Shown here piece by piece: positions 51,533 through 62,197 of a stretch of 64,000 nucleotides of DNA. This DNA is from Escherichia phage vB_EcoM_WFL6982, in the sequence record MK373774.1; one strand, given 5' to 3'. Both the position numbers and the translations under genes were made by a program. A model generated the notes under the pieces. The model saw only the letters and a list, made by a program, of their open reading frames with translations. It had not been told where the DNA came from and did not search any database. The first letter of the stretch is position 1. Each line of letters opens with the position of its first letter.

Positions 51533-54500
51533 ATGGCTACTTTAAAACAAATACAATTTAAAAGAAGCAAAACTGCAGGAGCACGTCCTGCCGCTTCAGT
51601 ATTAGCCGAAGGTGAATTGGCTATAAACTTAAAAGACCGTGTACTTTTTACTAAAGATGACCAAGGAAATATTATTGATCTGGGTTTTGCTAAAGGTGGT
51701 AGTATTGACGGGAATGTTATTCATACTGGCAATTATAACCAAACTGGCGATTATACTTTAAATGGCACCTTCACTCAGACAGGTAATTTTAATTTAACCG
51801 GTATTGCTCGAGTAACACGTGATATTATTGCCGCTGGGCAGATTACGACTGAAGGCGGAGAACTTATTACAAAAAGTTCAGGTACAGCACATGTTCGTTT
51901 TCATGATTCGGCTGATCGTGAACGTGGCATTATTTATTCACCGGCTAATGATGGATTAACTACGCAAGTAGTTAATATCCGCGTTAAAGACTACGCCGCT
52001 GGTGATGAAAGCACCTATGCATTTTCGGGCAGTGGACTATTTACTTCACCTGAAGTATCAGCATGGAAATCTATGTCAACTCCTCAGATTTTGACAAATA
52101 GAGTTATTACTAATAATAAATCTACGAGCGATTATGACATTTATTCTATGGCAGACAACGTTCCATTGTCTGAAAGCACTACTGCTATTAATCATCTCCG
52201 TGTTATGCGCAATGCTGTAGGCGCTGGTGTATTCCATGAAGTTAAAGATAATGATGGAATAACTTGGTATACTGGAGATGGCTTAGACACTTATCTTTGG
52301 TCGTTTACCTGGTCCGGTGGATTGAAAGCAGGCCATTCTATTTCTGTTGGTACTCCTGGTGGCAATAAAGGATACTCTGAATTAGGGACTGCTTCAATTT
52401 CTCTTGGTGATAATGATACTGGATTTAAATGGCATCAGGATGGATATTTCCATACAGTAAACAACGGAACAAGAACTTTCATTTACGGTCCTGCGGAAAC
52501 ACAAAGCCTTAGAAAAATGGTTATGGGTTATTCTCCGGATGGTGTTCTTATGACAACGCCACCGACAGAAAACTATGCTTTGGCTACTGTTGTTACTTAC
52601 CATGATAATAATGCATACGGCGATGGTCAAACACTTTTAGGATATTATCAAGGTGGTAATTACCACCACTATTTCCGTGGTAAAGGCACTACAAATATTA
52701 ACACTGCAGGCGGATTGTTAGTTACTCCAGGCAATATTGACGTTATTGGTGGTTCTGTTAATATCGATGGTAGAAATAATTCTTCTACGCTGATGTTTAG
52801 AGGTAACACAACAGGATACAGCTCAGTTGATAATATGGATATTAAAGTTTGGGGTAATACGTTTGTTGATCCAAGCGGAGGTATCCGTAAAAACATTATG
52901 GAAATTTCTGATGCAACTAGCTGGATGAGCTATATTCAAAGACTTACTACTGGCGAAGTAGAAATGAACGTTAATGGTTCATTTGAATCATCTGGTGTTA
53001 CTGCTGGAGATAGAGGAGTTCACACAACAGGTGAAATTTCATCTGGAGCAGTGAATGCTCTTCGTATTTGGAACGCAGATTATGGAGCCATTTTTAGACG
53101 TTCAGAAGGAAGTCTTCATATTATTCCAACTGCTTATGGCGAAGGCAAAGATGGCGATATTGGTCCACTTCGCCCGTTTAGTATGGCTTTAGATACCGGT
53201 AAAGTTACTATTCCAGATTTACAATCAAGTTACAATACGTTTGCTGCTAACGGTTATATTAAATTTGTTGGTCATGGAGCGGGTGCCGGCGGTTATGACA
53301 TTCAATATGCTCAAGCGGCTCCTATTTTCCAGGAAATTGATGATGATGCTGTAAGCAAATATTATCCTATTGTTAAACAGAAGTTTTTAAATGGTAAAGC
53401 TGTTTGGTCTTTAGGTACTGAAATTAGTTCAGGTACATTCGTTATTCATCATCTGAAAGAAGATGGTTCACAAGGCCATACGTCTCGTTTTAATCAAGAC
53501 GGTACTGTTAACTTCCCAGATAACGTTTCTGTCGGCGGCGGTGAAGCTACTATTGCTCGCAATGGTAATATCTGGTCTGATATCTGGAAAACGTTTACTT
53601 CAGCAGGCGACGTAACTAATATTCGCGATGCAATAGCTACTCGTGTTGCTAAAGAAGGTGATACGATGACCGGTAGGTTGACTTTATCTGCTGGAAATGA
53701 TGCCCTTGTTTTAACTGCAGGCACGGGCGCTTCATCGCACATCCGTAGTGATGTAGGTGGTACAAATAATTGGTTTATAGGCAAAGGCGGCGGTGACAAT
53801 AGTATAAGTTTTTACAGTTACATTACACAAGGCGGTGTAAACATAACAAATAACGGCGAAATAGCGCTTTCTACTCAAGGACAAGGAACATTTAATTTTA
53901 ATAGAGACCGCCTTCATATAAACGGTACACAATGGACCGCACACCAGGCTGGCGATTGGGGAAATCAATGGCGCCAGGAAGCTCCTGTATTTGTGGATTT
54001 TGGTAATGTCGGTAATGATAGTTATTATCCTATTATTAAAGGAAAATCTGGTATTACTAATGAAGGGTATATATCTGGTGTAGATTTTGGTATGCGACGC
54101 ATTCCTAATAACTGGGCACAAGGTATTATTCGTGTAGGTAATCAGGAAAACGGTTCCGACCCACAAGCTATCTTCGAATTCCACCATAATGGAAACATGT
54201 ACGTTCCTGACATGGTTAAAGCTGGAGTAAGAATATCAGCTGGTGGAGGTGACCCTGCATGGACAGGCGCATGTGTTGTTATTGGTGATAATGACACCGG
54301 ATTAGTTCATGGTGGTGACGGCCGAATCAATATGGTTGCCAATGGTATACATATTGCAAACTGGGGAGCAGGCTATCAATCTCATCCTGGGCTTTGGGAT
54401 TCAACCGGTGCTTTTTGGACAGAAGTTGGAAGAGCTATCGTTTCTCATGGGCATCTCGTTCAGGCAAATGATAGTTATTCAACGTTTGTCCGTGATGTTT

Positions 54501-54844
54501 ATGTCCGTTCTGATATTCGTGTTAAAAAAGACCTTGTTAAATTTGAAAATGCTTCTGAGAAGCTTTCAAAAATTAATGGTTACACTTATATGCAGAAGCG
54601 AGGCCTAGATGAAGAAGGTAATCAAAAATGGGAACCTAATGCCGGTTTAATTGCCCAAGAAGTTCAAGCTATTTTACCTGAATTAGTTGAAGGCGATCAG
54701 GATAGTGAAGCTTTACTTCGTTTGAACTATAACGGTGTAATTGGTTTAAATACAGCTGCAATCAATGAGCATACTGCAGAAATTGCAGAACTTAAATCAG
54801 AAATTGAAGAACTTAAAGCATTAGTTAAATCATTGTTAAAATAA
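51533..54844 (+). CDS. 37: long tail fibre distal subunit gp37 with C-terminal intramolecular chaperone / autoproteolysis domain
   Basis: 1103 aa; C-terminal S-D-I-R-V-K-K-D motif (Ser codon 54509-54511) resembles the SDxRxK signature of S74-type chaperone domains. Confidence 0.88.
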   Translation: MATLKQIQFKRSKTAGARPAASVLAEGELAINLKDRVLFTKDDQGNIIDLGFAKGGSIDGNVIHTGNYNQTGDYTLNGTFTQTGNFNLTGIARVTRDIIAAGQITTEGGELITKSSGTAHVRFHDSADRERGIIYSPANDGLTTQVVNIRVKDYAAGDESTYAFSGSGLFTSPEVSAWKSMSTPQILTNRVITNNKSTSDYDIYSMADNVPLSESTTAINHLRVMRNAVGAGVFHEVKDNDGITWYTGDGLDTYLWSFTWSGGLKAGHSISVGTPGGNKGYSELGTASISLGDNDTGFKWHQDGYFHTVNNGTRTFIYGPAETQSLRKMVMGYSPDGVLMTTPPTENYALATVVTYHDNNAYGDGQTLLGYYQGGNYHHYFRGKGTTNINTAGGLLVTPGNIDVIGGSVNIDGRNNSSTLMFRGNTTGYSSVDNMDIKVWGNTFVDPSGGIRKNIMEISDATSWMSYIQRLTTGEVEMNVNGSFESSGVTAGDRGVHTTGEISSGAVNALRIWNADYGAIFRRSEGSLHIIPTAYGEGKDGDIGPLRPFSMALDTGKVTIPDLQSSYNTFAANGYIKFVGHGAGAGGYDIQYAQAAPIFQEIDDDAVSKYYPIVKQKFLNGKAVWSLGTEISSGTFVIHHLKEDGSQGHTSRFNQDGTVNFPDNVSVGGGEATIARNGNIWSDIWKTFTSAGDVTNIRDAIATRVAKEGDTMTGRLTLSAGNDALVLTAGTGASSHIRSDVGGTNNWFIGKGGGDNSISFYSYITQGGVNITNNGEIALSTQGQGTFNFNRDRLHINGTQWTAHQAGDWGNQWRQEAPVFVDFGNVGNDSYYPIIKGKSGITNEGYISGVDFGMRRIPNNWAQGIIRVGNQENGSDPQAIFEFHHNGNMYVPDMVKAGVRISAGGGDPAWTGACVVIGDNDTGLVHGGDGRINMVANGIHIANWGAGYQSHPGLWDSTGAFWTEVGRAIVSHGHLVQANDSYSTFVRDVYVRSDIRVKKDLVKFENASEKLSKINGYTYMQKRGLDEEGNQKWEPNAGLIAQEVQAILPELVEGDQDSEALLRLNYNGVIGLNTAAINEHTAEIAELKSEIEELKALVKSLLK

Positions 54845-54849
54845 TAAGA

Positions 54850-54863
54850 GGGGCTTCGGCCCC
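54850..54863 (+). terminator. hairpin GGGGC-UUCG-GCCCC between gene 37 and gene 38 (no U-run; attenuator or RNA-stability element)
   Basis: Stem-loop immediately before the gp38 RBS. Confidence 0.4.
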
Positions 54864-54875
54864 TTGGAGGTTTAT

Positions 54876-55670
54876 ATGGCAGTAACAGGACCGTGGGTAG
54901 GATCGTCTGCAGTAGTTAATACAGGACAAAATTGGATGGGCGGCGCGGCCCAACGATTAAGAATGGGTGCTCCATTTTGGATGAGTAATATGATAGGTCG
55001 ATCTGTTGAAGTAATTCACACGCTTGGAGCAGACCATAACTTCAATGGTCAATGGTTCCGAGATAGATGTTTTGAGGCAGGTAGTGCACCTATAGTGTTT
55101 AATATTACTGGAGATTTAGTATCATATTCTAGAGATGTGCCACTTTTCTTTATGTATGGGGATACGCCTAATGAATATGTTGTTCTTAATATTCATGGTG
55201 GTGTTCATATGTGGGGTCGTGGTGGTAATGGTGGATACACTCACTCAGGAGGCGACGGTAACGGTACACAAGGCGGTCATGTTATTCAAAATGATATCGG
55301 TGGACGGCTTCGTATTTGGAACTACGGTGTTATAGCTGCTGGTGGTGGCGGTGGTGGTGGTATTGCATATCGTCCACACTCAGGGGCAAACTGGCAAGAT
55401 ATCGGTGGCGGTGGTGGTCGACCTTTCGGTGGCGCTGGCGGCGGCGGCGTACGTGGCGGTGGAGCTTCTTATGAAGGTCCGGGTGGTGGATATAACTATG
55501 GTAACGCTCACTCTGGGCAGGGTGGCAATGCTGGTGCAGCCGGACAAAACGCGTGGTCTGACGGCGGTAAAGTTCTAAAAGTTGGAGCAGGTGGTGCGTC
55601 TGGTCATGCAGTGTTTGGATCTTCTCCAACTTGGGGTGCTGTTGGAACAATTTACGGACCAAGAGTATAA
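54876..55670 (+). CDS. 38: T2-type gp38 receptor-binding adhesin with glycine-rich motifs
   Basis: Starts MAVTGPW after RBS GGAGG (track ORF begins at upstream TTG); conserved N-terminal gp37-attachment region, then poly-Gly motifs separating variable segments. Confidence 0.85.
   Translation: MAVTGPWVGSSAVVNTGQNWMGGAAQRLRMGAPFWMSNMIGRSVEVIHTLGADHNFNGQWFRDRCFEAGSAPIVFNITGDLVSYSRDVPLFFMYGDTPNEYVVLNIHGGVHMWGRGGNGGYTHSGGDGNGTQGGHVIQNDIGGRLRIWNYGVIAAGGGGGGGIAYRPHSGANWQDIGGGGGRPFGGAGGGGVRGGGASYEGPGGGYNYGNAHSGQGGNAGAAGQNAWSDGGKVLKVGAGGASGHAVFGSSPTWGAVGTIYGPRV
55320..55470 (+). repeat. (GGT/GGC)n simple-sequence tracts encoding the glycine-rich motifs of gp38
   Basis: Runs such as ggtggtggcggtggtggtggt visible in sequence; these are coding. 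Confidence 0.7.
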
Positions 55671-55700
55671 TTTGAATAAATATCCTTAAAAGGAGGGTCT

Positions 55701-56357
55701 ATGGCAGCACCTAGAATATCATTTTCGCCCTCTGATATTCTGTTGGGTGTTCTAGATCGCTTGTTCAAAGATAATGCTACCGGGAAAGTTCTTGCTTCCC
55801 GGGTAGCTGTCGTAATTCTTTTGTTTATAATGGCGATTGTTTGGTATAGGGGAGATAGTTTCTTTGAGTACTATAAGCAATCAAAGTATGAAACATACCG
55901 TGAAATTATTGAAAAGGAAAGAAATGCACGCTTTGAATCTGTCGCCCTGGAACAACTCCAGATAGTTCATATATCATCTGAGGCAGACTTTAGTGCGGTG
56001 TATTCTTTCCGCCCTAAAAACTTAAACTATTTTGTTAATATTATAGCATACGAAGGAAAATTACCTTCAACAATAAGTGAAAAATCACTTGGAGGATATC
56101 CTGTTGATAAAACTATGGATGAATATACAGTTCATTTAAATGGACGTCATTATTATTCCAACTCAAAATTTGCTTTTTTACCAACTAAAAAGCCTACTCC
56201 CGAAATAAACTACATGTACAGTTGTCCATATTTTAATTTGGATAATATCTATGCTGGAACAATAACTATGTACTGGTATAGAAATGATCATATAAGTAAT
56301 GACCGCCTTGAATCAATATGTGCTCAGGCGGCCAGAATATTAGGAAGGGCTAAATAA
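55701..56357 (+). CDS. t: holin T
   Basis: 218 aa (T4 T 218); N-terminal TM segment, large periplasmic domain. Confidence 0.9.
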   Translation: MAAPRISFSPSDILLGVLDRLFKDNATGKVLASRVAVVILLFIMAIVWYRGDSFFEYYKQSKYETYREIIEKERNARFESVALEQLQIVHISSEADFSAVYSFRPKNLNYFVNIIAYEGKLPSTISEKSLGGYPVDKTMDEYTVHLNGRHYYSNSKFAFLPTKKPTPEINYMYSCPYFNLDNIYAGTITMYWYRNDHISNDRLESICAQAARILGRAK

Positions 56358-56630
56358 TTATTTGTTCGTATACATCTCTAGATATCGATATACACTCTCA
56401 AACCCCTCGTTGAATTCGTCGATGAGGGTTTTCTTATCTTCTTGAGTTAATTCAGAAACAATTTTACGGAATGAATTCTGATTTAATTTTCTACCTTCAT
56501 GCGTTACTCCAATCTCATTCAGAAATGCAATAAAATTAGCACGATTTTCAACAATATCTTCTCTGGAAAATTTAATCAAAATAGATGCAACAGTAATAAT
56601 TTCACGAACTGTATCAATGTTTTTATTCAT
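56358..56630 (-). CDS. asiA: anti-sigma70 protein AsiA
   Basis: 90 aa (T4 AsiA 90); early promoter at 56662-56691. Confidence 0.88.
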   Translation of the reverse strand: MNKNIDTVREIITVASILIKFSREDIVENRANFIAFLNEIGVTHEGRKLNQNSFRKIVSELTQEDKKTLIDEFNEGFESVYRYLEMYTNK

Positions 56631-56642
56631 TAACTATACCAC

Positions 56643-56795
56643 TCAATTAGTTGACTTTGTTATAATATCATCAGACACTTGATTTGTAAACTGGTCTGTG
56701 TTATTTTCTTCAAAAATTTTTTCTACGAATTCCTTGAACGACTCACGTTCCTGAGCTGCATTATGCTCGATTACCATTTCAAGATTATGACTCAT
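56643..56795 (-). CDS. unlisted small acidic protein (50 aa)
   Basis: ATG 56795 overlaps arn stop (ATGA); translates MSHNLEMVIEHNAAQERESFKEFVEKIFEENNTDQFTNQVSDDIITKSTN. Confidence 0.3.
   Translation of the reverse strand: MSHNLEMVIEHNAAQERESFKEFVEKIFEENNTDQFTNQVSDDIITKSTN
56662..56691 (-). promoter_or_regulatory. early promoter upstream of asiA
   Basis: gtaaac at 56686-56691, -10 TATTAT 18 nt away. Confidence 0.45.
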
Positions 56796-57070
56796 TCGAA
56801 ATAATCTTCAATTTCGTAATCATGGACATAAATCATTATAGTTTTTAATACATCATCAATACTTTTTCCTGGAGCTGGAATTACGTAAAAATATCCTGCT
56901 TTTGAGAGGTCTTTATAAGTTCCAACCAAGAAATCATTATTCTCGAGATGTAGTTCTTCAACTAATTCATTAACAATTGAGTGGTATAAATTTGGTAGAA
57001 ACTTATATAGCTTTTCTAGAATATCAATTTTGATTGTGTATTGAACCACAGACTGAGAATCAATAATCAT
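56792..57070 (-). CDS. arn: Arn-like anti-restriction (McrBC inhibitor) protein
   Basis: 92 aa (T4 Arn 92), acidic, in T4 position after asiA. Confidence 0.55.
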   Translation of the reverse strand: MIIDSQSVVQYTIKIDILEKLYKFLPNLYHSIVNELVEELHLENNDFLVGTYKDLSKAGYFYVIPAPGKSIDDVLKTIMIYVHDYEIEDYFE

Positions 57071-57153
57071 AGACCTTCCCCTTATGTTTCTGTTTGCGAT
57101 TAGATTCTTTAAACGCTTTCTTCTTATCTTTATGAACAGAAGCTTTATTAAAA

Positions 57154-57372
57154 TTATGTTTTGCGACTAAATTGTTCATAGTGCTGAATTACCTCTCTCA
57201 AACATTTGCATGTGAATGAAAACTTTTTAGCTACACCACATTCAAATATATGTTCTCTTAAATCACATGTATCGGTATATCCCATCTCAACAATAAAATG
57301 CCGTATTAGATTTTTATCTTTATCATTGAGAGAATTAAAATAATCAGATTTTGAATTAATTTCCCTGGCCAA
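57154..57372 (-). CDS. hypothetical Cys-rich small protein
   Basis: 72-aa ORF with clustered Cys (C..C....C.C). Confidence 0.45.
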   Translation of the reverse strand: MAREINSKSDYFNSLNDKDKNLIRHFIVEMGYTDTCDLREHIFECGVAKKFSFTCKCLREVIQHYEQFSRKT

Positions 57373-57652
57373 ATTGAATCACCTTCAGTTGACGTTTTAG
57401 TTCTTTTATCATTTCTTCGTTCATCGCAATATAAAGATCGCGTAAAGCAGGTTTTAGCATTCCATTTACCGGAGAACTAAATGGGCATACATAATCTTTT
57501 CCTACGAGCTTTTTAGTGAATTCCATATCACAGAACTGAAATGCCGGTTCATTGGCATAAATTCCCCAATTAGTTGACATCATTTTATTGGCATATTCCA
57601 ACGCCTGGATTTGATTCATAATTCCATCAATTTGAAACTTTTTAATATTCAT
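57356..57652 (-). CDS. hypothetical protein
   Basis: 98-aa ORF. Confidence 0.45.
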   Translation of the reverse strand: MNIKKFQIDGIMNQIQALEYANKMMSTNWGIYANEPAFQFCDMEFTKKLVGKDYVCPFSSPVNGMLKPALRDLYIAMNEEMIKELKRQLKVIQFGQGN

Positions 57653-58113
57653 TAATAAAGGTCCTCTGAATAAAGTTCTTTCTCACTTCCACCACGTTCA
57701 ATACGTACCTGTCCAGCATATGTTGCAATAATCATTGCTTCTTCACGCGTCCAGTAATTAGAGTATTGGTCAATAAAACCTTGGTCGTCACCACAAACTT
57801 GTTGCGAGACTAATTGAGGACCAACTATATCAAGTACTTCAGCCATATCTTTAGAGTAATGACGAACTCCAGGAATAATCAGAGTTCCGCCGCTCTTCAA
57901 TTTAAACCTATTAGCTGCACATACTATAACACGTTGAACTTTTTGGTCATTGTTCCAATAGCACGTTTGCCAACAGATTTCAGGAACTTCATTCATTATA
58001 TCATCAGCAGAATAATTATAACCGTAGGACTGGAATTTTTCTGCTAGACTTTCAGGAGTCTCACGAGACAAGGCCAAATCTAATAGCTCTAAACGTTCTT
58101 TAAATGATTTCAT
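57652..58113 (-). CDS. hypothetical protein
   Basis: 153-aa ORF. Confidence 0.45.
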   Translation of the reverse strand: MKSFKERLELLDLALSRETPESLAEKFQSYGYNYSADDIMNEVPEICWQTCYWNNDQKVQRVIVCAANRFKLKSGGTLIIPGVRHYSKDMAEVLDIVGPQLVSQQVCGDDQGFIDQYSNYWTREEAMIIATYAGQVRIERGGSEKELYSEDLY

Positions 58114-58439
58114 TTAAACCATTCCTTAATACGTTGCCAAATAGATTTTTGTGCTTGTTTATTTACACCAATCGAACGAATAACCGGTTGTGATTGCTGA
58201 TATTCTTTATAATCTTCTTTATAGATTTCGTAAGCCGCATCAACAAATGAACTGATCGCTGCCATGTAGTTTTTACGAAGGCCAAATGGCGCATCATTAT
58301 TTTCACGAATAACCATATATTGGCCTGCTTTAATCTTTACAATTGTCCCTAAATAAGCCCCGTGGTACCAAATATCCCATCCTTCCTGAGTAGGTTCTGC
58401 ACATTTACGAAGTTCGTTAATAATATTCAGCTTATTCAT
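58110..58439 (-). CDS. hypothetical protein
   Basis: 109-aa ORF. Confidence 0.45.
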   Translation of the reverse strand: MNKLNIINELRKCAEPTQEGWDIWYHGAYLGTIVKIKAGQYMVIRENNDAPFGLRKNYMAAISSFVDAAYEIYKEDYKEYQQSQPVIRSIGVNKQAQKSIWQRIKEWFK

Positions 58440-58449
58440 TATGTATTCC

Positions 58450-59082
58450 TCACAGTACGTTAGTTACAAGGGTAATGATTTCTTTGGACACATTAGGGAA
58501 GTCAATGTAAGTATATTTACCACCGATCTTAATCTTAACATCATTTTCAAGAGAAGTAAACAGCTTTGATTCAGTTTCTGACATGTTGTATGCAAAGATT
58601 CTAAGAGCGCCATCTCGACGAATTTCGATCTGACGAATACCTAGAACTCGTTTTGCAAATCGAACTTCCAAGTTACTACGGTTTTCACCAATTTCCTTAA
58701 CTTCAACTTTATCTTTAATATTTTCAAAAACAAAGTTTGCTAGTTCATGCATTTCAGGAGTAACTCCACGTGCTTTTCTAGTGTTACGTTTCTGAAGAAG
58801 TTCTGGAGCATTTTCTTGAGCAAATAGGTCTGCAGCTTTTTGGATAATATCCATTGCTTCGCCTGTTGCTACAAGTCCATCACCAGATTTTTCGACTAAA
58901 CCTTTCTTAATCAATACACCAATGTTAGAGTTAACAACCGATGCATTGTATTCTGCTTCCAGAGCTTCACGGACATTGGCAGCAGTGGTGAAGTTGTTCT
59001 TAATGATATAAACCATTATTGCAGCAGTTTTTTCATTCAGAACGTTTTCAGAAGCTTTGATGATGTAAGTAACTTTAGACAT
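58450..59082 (-). CDS. motA: middle transcription activator MotA
   Basis: 210 aa (T4 211); N-terminal region near-identical to recalled T4 MotA; early promoter at 59115-59150. Confidence 0.9.
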   Translation of the reverse strand: MSKVTYIIKASENVLNEKTAAIMVYIIKNNFTTAANVREALEAEYNASVVNSNIGVLIKKGLVEKSGDGLVATGEAMDIIQKAADLFAQENAPELLQKRNTRKARGVTPEMHELANFVFENIKDKVEVKEIGENRSNLEVRFAKRVLGIRQIEIRRDGALRIFAYNMSETESKLFTSLENDVKIKIGGKYTYIDFPNVSKEIITLVTNVL

Positions 59083-59114
59083 TTTATTTCTCCAATTTGG
59101 TTGTTTTGTTTTGA

Positions 59115-59150
59115 TAGGTCTATAATATCATGTTTTAAGCACATGTAAAC
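59115..59150 (-). promoter_or_regulatory. early promoter upstream of motA
   Basis: gtaaac at 59145-59150. Confidence 0.45.
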
Positions 59151-59175
59151 TGTTTTGTGAGAAAAATGCACAAAA

Positions 59176-59191
59176 GGGAGCCGAAGCTCCC
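59176..59191 (-). terminator. hairpin GGGAGC-UUCG-GCUCCC plus U-run downstream of gene 52
   Basis: Stem-loop followed by TTTT on the minus strand. Confidence 0.6.
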
Positions 59192-59267
59192 TAATCATGC
59201 TTGTCCAACCAATACAGCCAAATCACTAGTGCAGCTATTGCACCGAGAAATCCTAAGGCTAGGGCAC

Positions 59268-60593
59268 TCAAAGTGCCTCCAAGTCTTTAGTGTACTCTGT
59301 CACAACATCAGTAGACTTCCAATACTCATTTTCTTCTTTCTTAGCTTTAGCTTCTTCTGCTAGTTTACGTGCTTCATCGGAAGTGATATGGAAGATGTTA
59401 AGTCCTACCAGTTTATCGACATGTTCTTTATACATTTCGATTTGTGCTAGCTCTTCAGTCAAAGCTTTACGGGTCTTGCCCTGAATCACAATTTCGCCAC
59501 TGATAACTTTTTTGATGAAGTGTGCCTTAGCAAAAGCAAGTTTAAATGCTTTTTCAGATTCAAGGATTTTGTTATCAATACGTTTCTGAACGTAAGTCTT
59601 ACGGACTTCAACAAAATCTTTGATTAAGTCCACTACGTTATCGTAGACCGCTAATTTACCCTTTTCATTAATCACTGTGATGTTTTGTGAACGACGTTCG
59701 ATGAGACTAAAATCTTTCATGATTTTTTCATGACGTAGCTCTTCATCGTCAGGAAGCGAGTACTCTTTACGGAACTTCACCTTAAATCCAAAGCCGTGTT
59801 CACCACAATCATCTTCCCATGAGATTAGACCTTTGTCTTCCAACGGGTCAAGAACCTTACTCACATACGTTTCACGGTCGAATTTATATGGGATTTCAGT
59901 TATCTGCATTTGAGTGCGAGATGTGAACTTATATGTTCCGTGAATCTCATAACGCCCATCAACTTCATGCACTTCACCACGGAATTCCGGGAATTCAACT
60001 TTTGGTTTAGTGACATTTTTACCTTGAAGAGCTTGTAATACAGCCTTTTTGACTGATTTAAAACTATGAGGCAGAATATTTGTTGCGTAACCGGTTGCAA
60101 TACCAGAGACGCCATTCAAAAGAACTGTCGGAATAATAGGAAGATAGAATTTTGGTGGAATGTGTTCTTTATCTTCATGAGCTGGAGCATATTCAGTATC
60201 TTTATATACGTTATAGAAATTTTTACTTACACGAGCAAAAATATAACGAGATGCTGCAGCTTTTTGGACTGTTCGAGAACCAAAGTTGCCTTGGCCATCT
60301 AACAGTGGATAGTTGTTGTTCCATGTGTTAGCCATCAATGCACCTGCATCTTGTGCAGAAGATTCACCATGGTGATAACCTAAATCTGCAACACCGCCTG
60401 CAATTGACGCAAGTTTATGAAATTTTTCTTTATTACCACGAGCCAAATCTAACGCACGATGAACAACAAAACGTTGAACCGGCTTAAATCCATCAATCAT
60501 GTTTGGGATTGCACGGTTTTCAACGGTGTACATCGCATATGCTAAGGCTTCGTTATCAATAATACTTTTTAGATTACGAGAATTCAATTGCAT
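59268..60593 (-). CDS. 52: DNA topoisomerase II medium subunit gp52 (GyrA-like)
   Basis: 441 aa (T4 442); GyrA-type N-terminal motifs. Confidence 0.9.
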   Translation of the reverse strand: MQLNSRNLKSIIDNEALAYAMYTVENRAIPNMIDGFKPVQRFVVHRALDLARGNKEKFHKLASIAGGVADLGYHHGESSAQDAGALMANTWNNNYPLLDGQGNFGSRTVQKAAASRYIFARVSKNFYNVYKDTEYAPAHEDKEHIPPKFYLPIIPTVLLNGVSGIATGYATNILPHSFKSVKKAVLQALQGKNVTKPKVEFPEFRGEVHEVDGRYEIHGTYKFTSRTQMQITEIPYKFDRETYVSKVLDPLEDKGLISWEDDCGEHGFGFKVKFRKEYSLPDDEELRHEKIMKDFSLIERRSQNITVINEKGKLAVYDNVVDLIKDFVEVRKTYVQKRIDNKILESEKAFKLAFAKAHFIKKVISGEIVIQGKTRKALTEELAQIEMYKEHVDKLVGLNIFHITSDEARKLAEEAKAKKEENEYWKSTDVVTEYTKDLEAL

Positions 60594-60597
60594 ATTT

Positions 60598-60738
60598 TCA
60601 CCATATTAATGAACGAATAACCATTATAACATCTGAAATGAAAAGCACTACTTGGATTAGCCCAAACATCACACCGTAGTACAGAACCGTAAGCAACAAC
60701 AAGAGCCCGAAGGCTCCTGCTAAGATTTTCTTAATCAT
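60598..60738 (-). CDS. unlisted small hydrophobic membrane protein (46 aa; ac/52.1-like position)
   Basis: ATG 60738 overlaps upstream stop (TAATG); translates MIKKILAGAFGLLLLLTVLYYGVMFGLIQVVLFISDVIMVIRSLIW. Confidence 0.4.
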   Translation of the reverse strand: MIKKILAGAFGLLLLLTVLYYGVMFGLIQVVLFISDVIMVIRSLIW

Positions 60739-60884
60739 TACTCGCCTTTTAACACGTTAAGAAGAGCTAAGACCGCTAAGGTACCTTGTGATACGGCCTG
60801 TTGAAATACTGTTGTTTCGCCTGTAACTAAAGTGCTAACGAATAAAAACGACCAACACAGCAATGCAATAATCCATGCTACCAT
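60738..60884 (-). CDS. unlisted small hydrophobic membrane protein (48 aa; ac/52.1-like position)
   Basis: ATG 60884 with RBS GAGG; translates MVAWIIALLCWSFLFVSTLVTGETTVFQQAVSQGTLAVLALLNVLKGE. Confidence 0.4.
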   Translation of the reverse strand: MVAWIIALLCWSFLFVSTLVTGETTVFQQAVSQGTLAVLALLNVLKGE

Positions 60885-60936
60885 TTTAATTACCTCAAAA
60901 ATAAATTAAAGGCCCAACTTAATAGGCCCGTATAAA

Positions 60937-61383
60937 TTAGTAACTCTGCAGAATGAATTTGAAATTATCAGCCAGAAGACGGTTCATTTCAGTGAGTGTT
61001 TGATATTCTGATGTATGGTTGCGAGTGAATGCCAGAGCCAATTGACCTTTACCATAACCAGTGGTCAGTGGTTTCATGTTCTTAGCTGCAACAAAGATTA
61101 CATCATATTCAATATTGTTAGTGCCCATGGTACGGGCTAGTTGCGAACGGCCTTGACGAATGTGAGAAAGAATTGCATCCAACCCTTGTTTAGAACGTTG
61201 ACGTCCTACAAAGAACCGTGCTGCTACTTGTCGCCAATCAGATGAACCTTTAACAAAGAAGTAAAAACCTTCACGAGAACGAAACTCTTTAGAAACTTCG
61301 GAACCGTATTCGCCATTACGAACTACTGCAACAACTTCACCACCAACTGCCAGAAGGTCTTTACGAGTTAAATATTTGGACAT
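60937..61383 (-). CDS. ndd: nucleoid disruption protein Ndd
   Basis: 148 aa; strong recalled identity to T4 Ndd ([46 protein letters not shown]). Confidence 0.88.
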   Translation of the reverse strand: MSKYLTRKDLLAVGGEVVAVVRNGEYGSEVSKEFRSREGFYFFVKGSSDWRQVAARFFVGRQRSKQGLDAILSHIRQGRSQLARTMGTNNIEYDVIFVAAKNMKPLTTGYGKGQLALAFTRNHTSEYQTLTEMNRLLADNFKFILQSY

Positions 61384-61421
61384 GCTAATTTCCTCAATTG
61401 ATTAATGTTTTTGTAATCCAT

Positions 61422-61457
61422 GAGAGCATTATACTCTGCTCTCAAGAGTTTGTACAA
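61422..61457 (-). promoter_or_regulatory. early promoter upstream of ndd with inverted repeat gagagca / tgctctc
   Basis: gtacaa at 61452-61457; near-duplicate of 31429-31463. Confidence 0.45.
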
Positions 61458-61459
61458 TT

Positions 61460-61660
61460 TTATTCGGCCATATCAGAACGTTCAAAAAGCTCTTCAACAG
61501 TTAAACATTCAGTGTCATCTTCAATAAAGAATCGAGTCCAACACGTTGGGGCGATGCAGTTATGAGTTTGTCCGGCGATAGAAGCTACACGAATAAGCTG
61601 CTGGCCATTATTCAGGACAAATTTTTCACCAATTTCAACATCTTTAAAAAGCTTAGCCAT
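61460..61660 (-). CDS. hypothetical protein
   Basis: 66-aa ORF with early promoter at 61687-61718. Confidence 0.45.
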   Translation of the reverse strand: MAKLFKDVEIGEKFVLNNGQQLIRVASIAGQTHNCIAPTCWTRFFIEDDTECLTVEELFERSDMAE

Positions 61661-61686
61661 TTTGTGTTCCTCGTGTTTTGATAGGA

Positions 61687-61718
61687 CTACTATACCATAA
61701 TCCTACTGTGTTGTAAAC
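61687..61718 (-). promoter_or_regulatory. early promoter
   Basis: gtaaac at 61713-61718. Confidence 0.45.
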
Positions 61719-61910
61719 AATTAAATTACATTAAAATATGTTAAAGCCAACCATGTTCCAGTGAACGAACATGCGATGTAAAAACCCGTATCACAAATTG
61801 TTCTTAGTACAATAAGAAGTGCATTTTTCATAAGTACCTCAATGCAATTGAAAATATTATACAAATCATAGGGATACTAAGCAACCATATTCCGATCCAC
61901 ATTTTAGAGC

Positions 61911-62174
61911 TCATATCTCAACTTCCACGAGTTCCATATATCCTTTGTTGATAACCTCTTTAAGGTCTTTAGAAAGAATGACATTAAAATGGTCATTCAT
62001 ATGTCCATTAACCAGACGAGTTATTTCGGCTTCAGATGACATATAAGGCACGTCTGAGTCCCAATGAGATAGTCCCAAATGGGTATAAATCATCCCTTCG
62101 TCGTCTGCAGTGTTGTACATTGAAACAAATTCGCCTGTTACTTTATGTTTTGCGTAGAAAAATTTAAATTTCAT
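61911..62174 (-). CDS. hypothetical protein
   Basis: 87-aa ORF with early promoter at 62198-62230. Confidence 0.45.
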   Translation of the reverse strand: MKFKFFYAKHKVTGEFVSMYNTADDEGMIYTHLGLSHWDSDVPYMSSEAEITRLVNGHMNDHFNVILSKDLKEVINKGYMELVEVEI

Positions 62175-62197
62175 AATGTTATCCTCTTTTAGATAGG

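Noticed and set aside
55320-55470. (GGT)n microsatellite as a non-coding simple repeat or CRISPR-like array
   Set aside because: It is in frame within gene 38 and encodes the glycine-rich motifs; no repeat-spacer organisation.
56651-56666. Plus-strand TTGACT...TATAAT sigma70-like promoter near asiA
   Set aside because: Spacing between the hexamers is only 4 nt; the same region makes a well-spaced minus-strand early promoter for asiA.
60702-60718. GC-rich tetraloop hairpin (GAGCC-CGAA-GGCTC) as a terminator
   Set aside because: It lies inside the coding frame of the 46-aa membrane peptide (encoding GAFGL), so it is not an intergenic terminator, though it is probably a dispersed copy of the same hairpin family.
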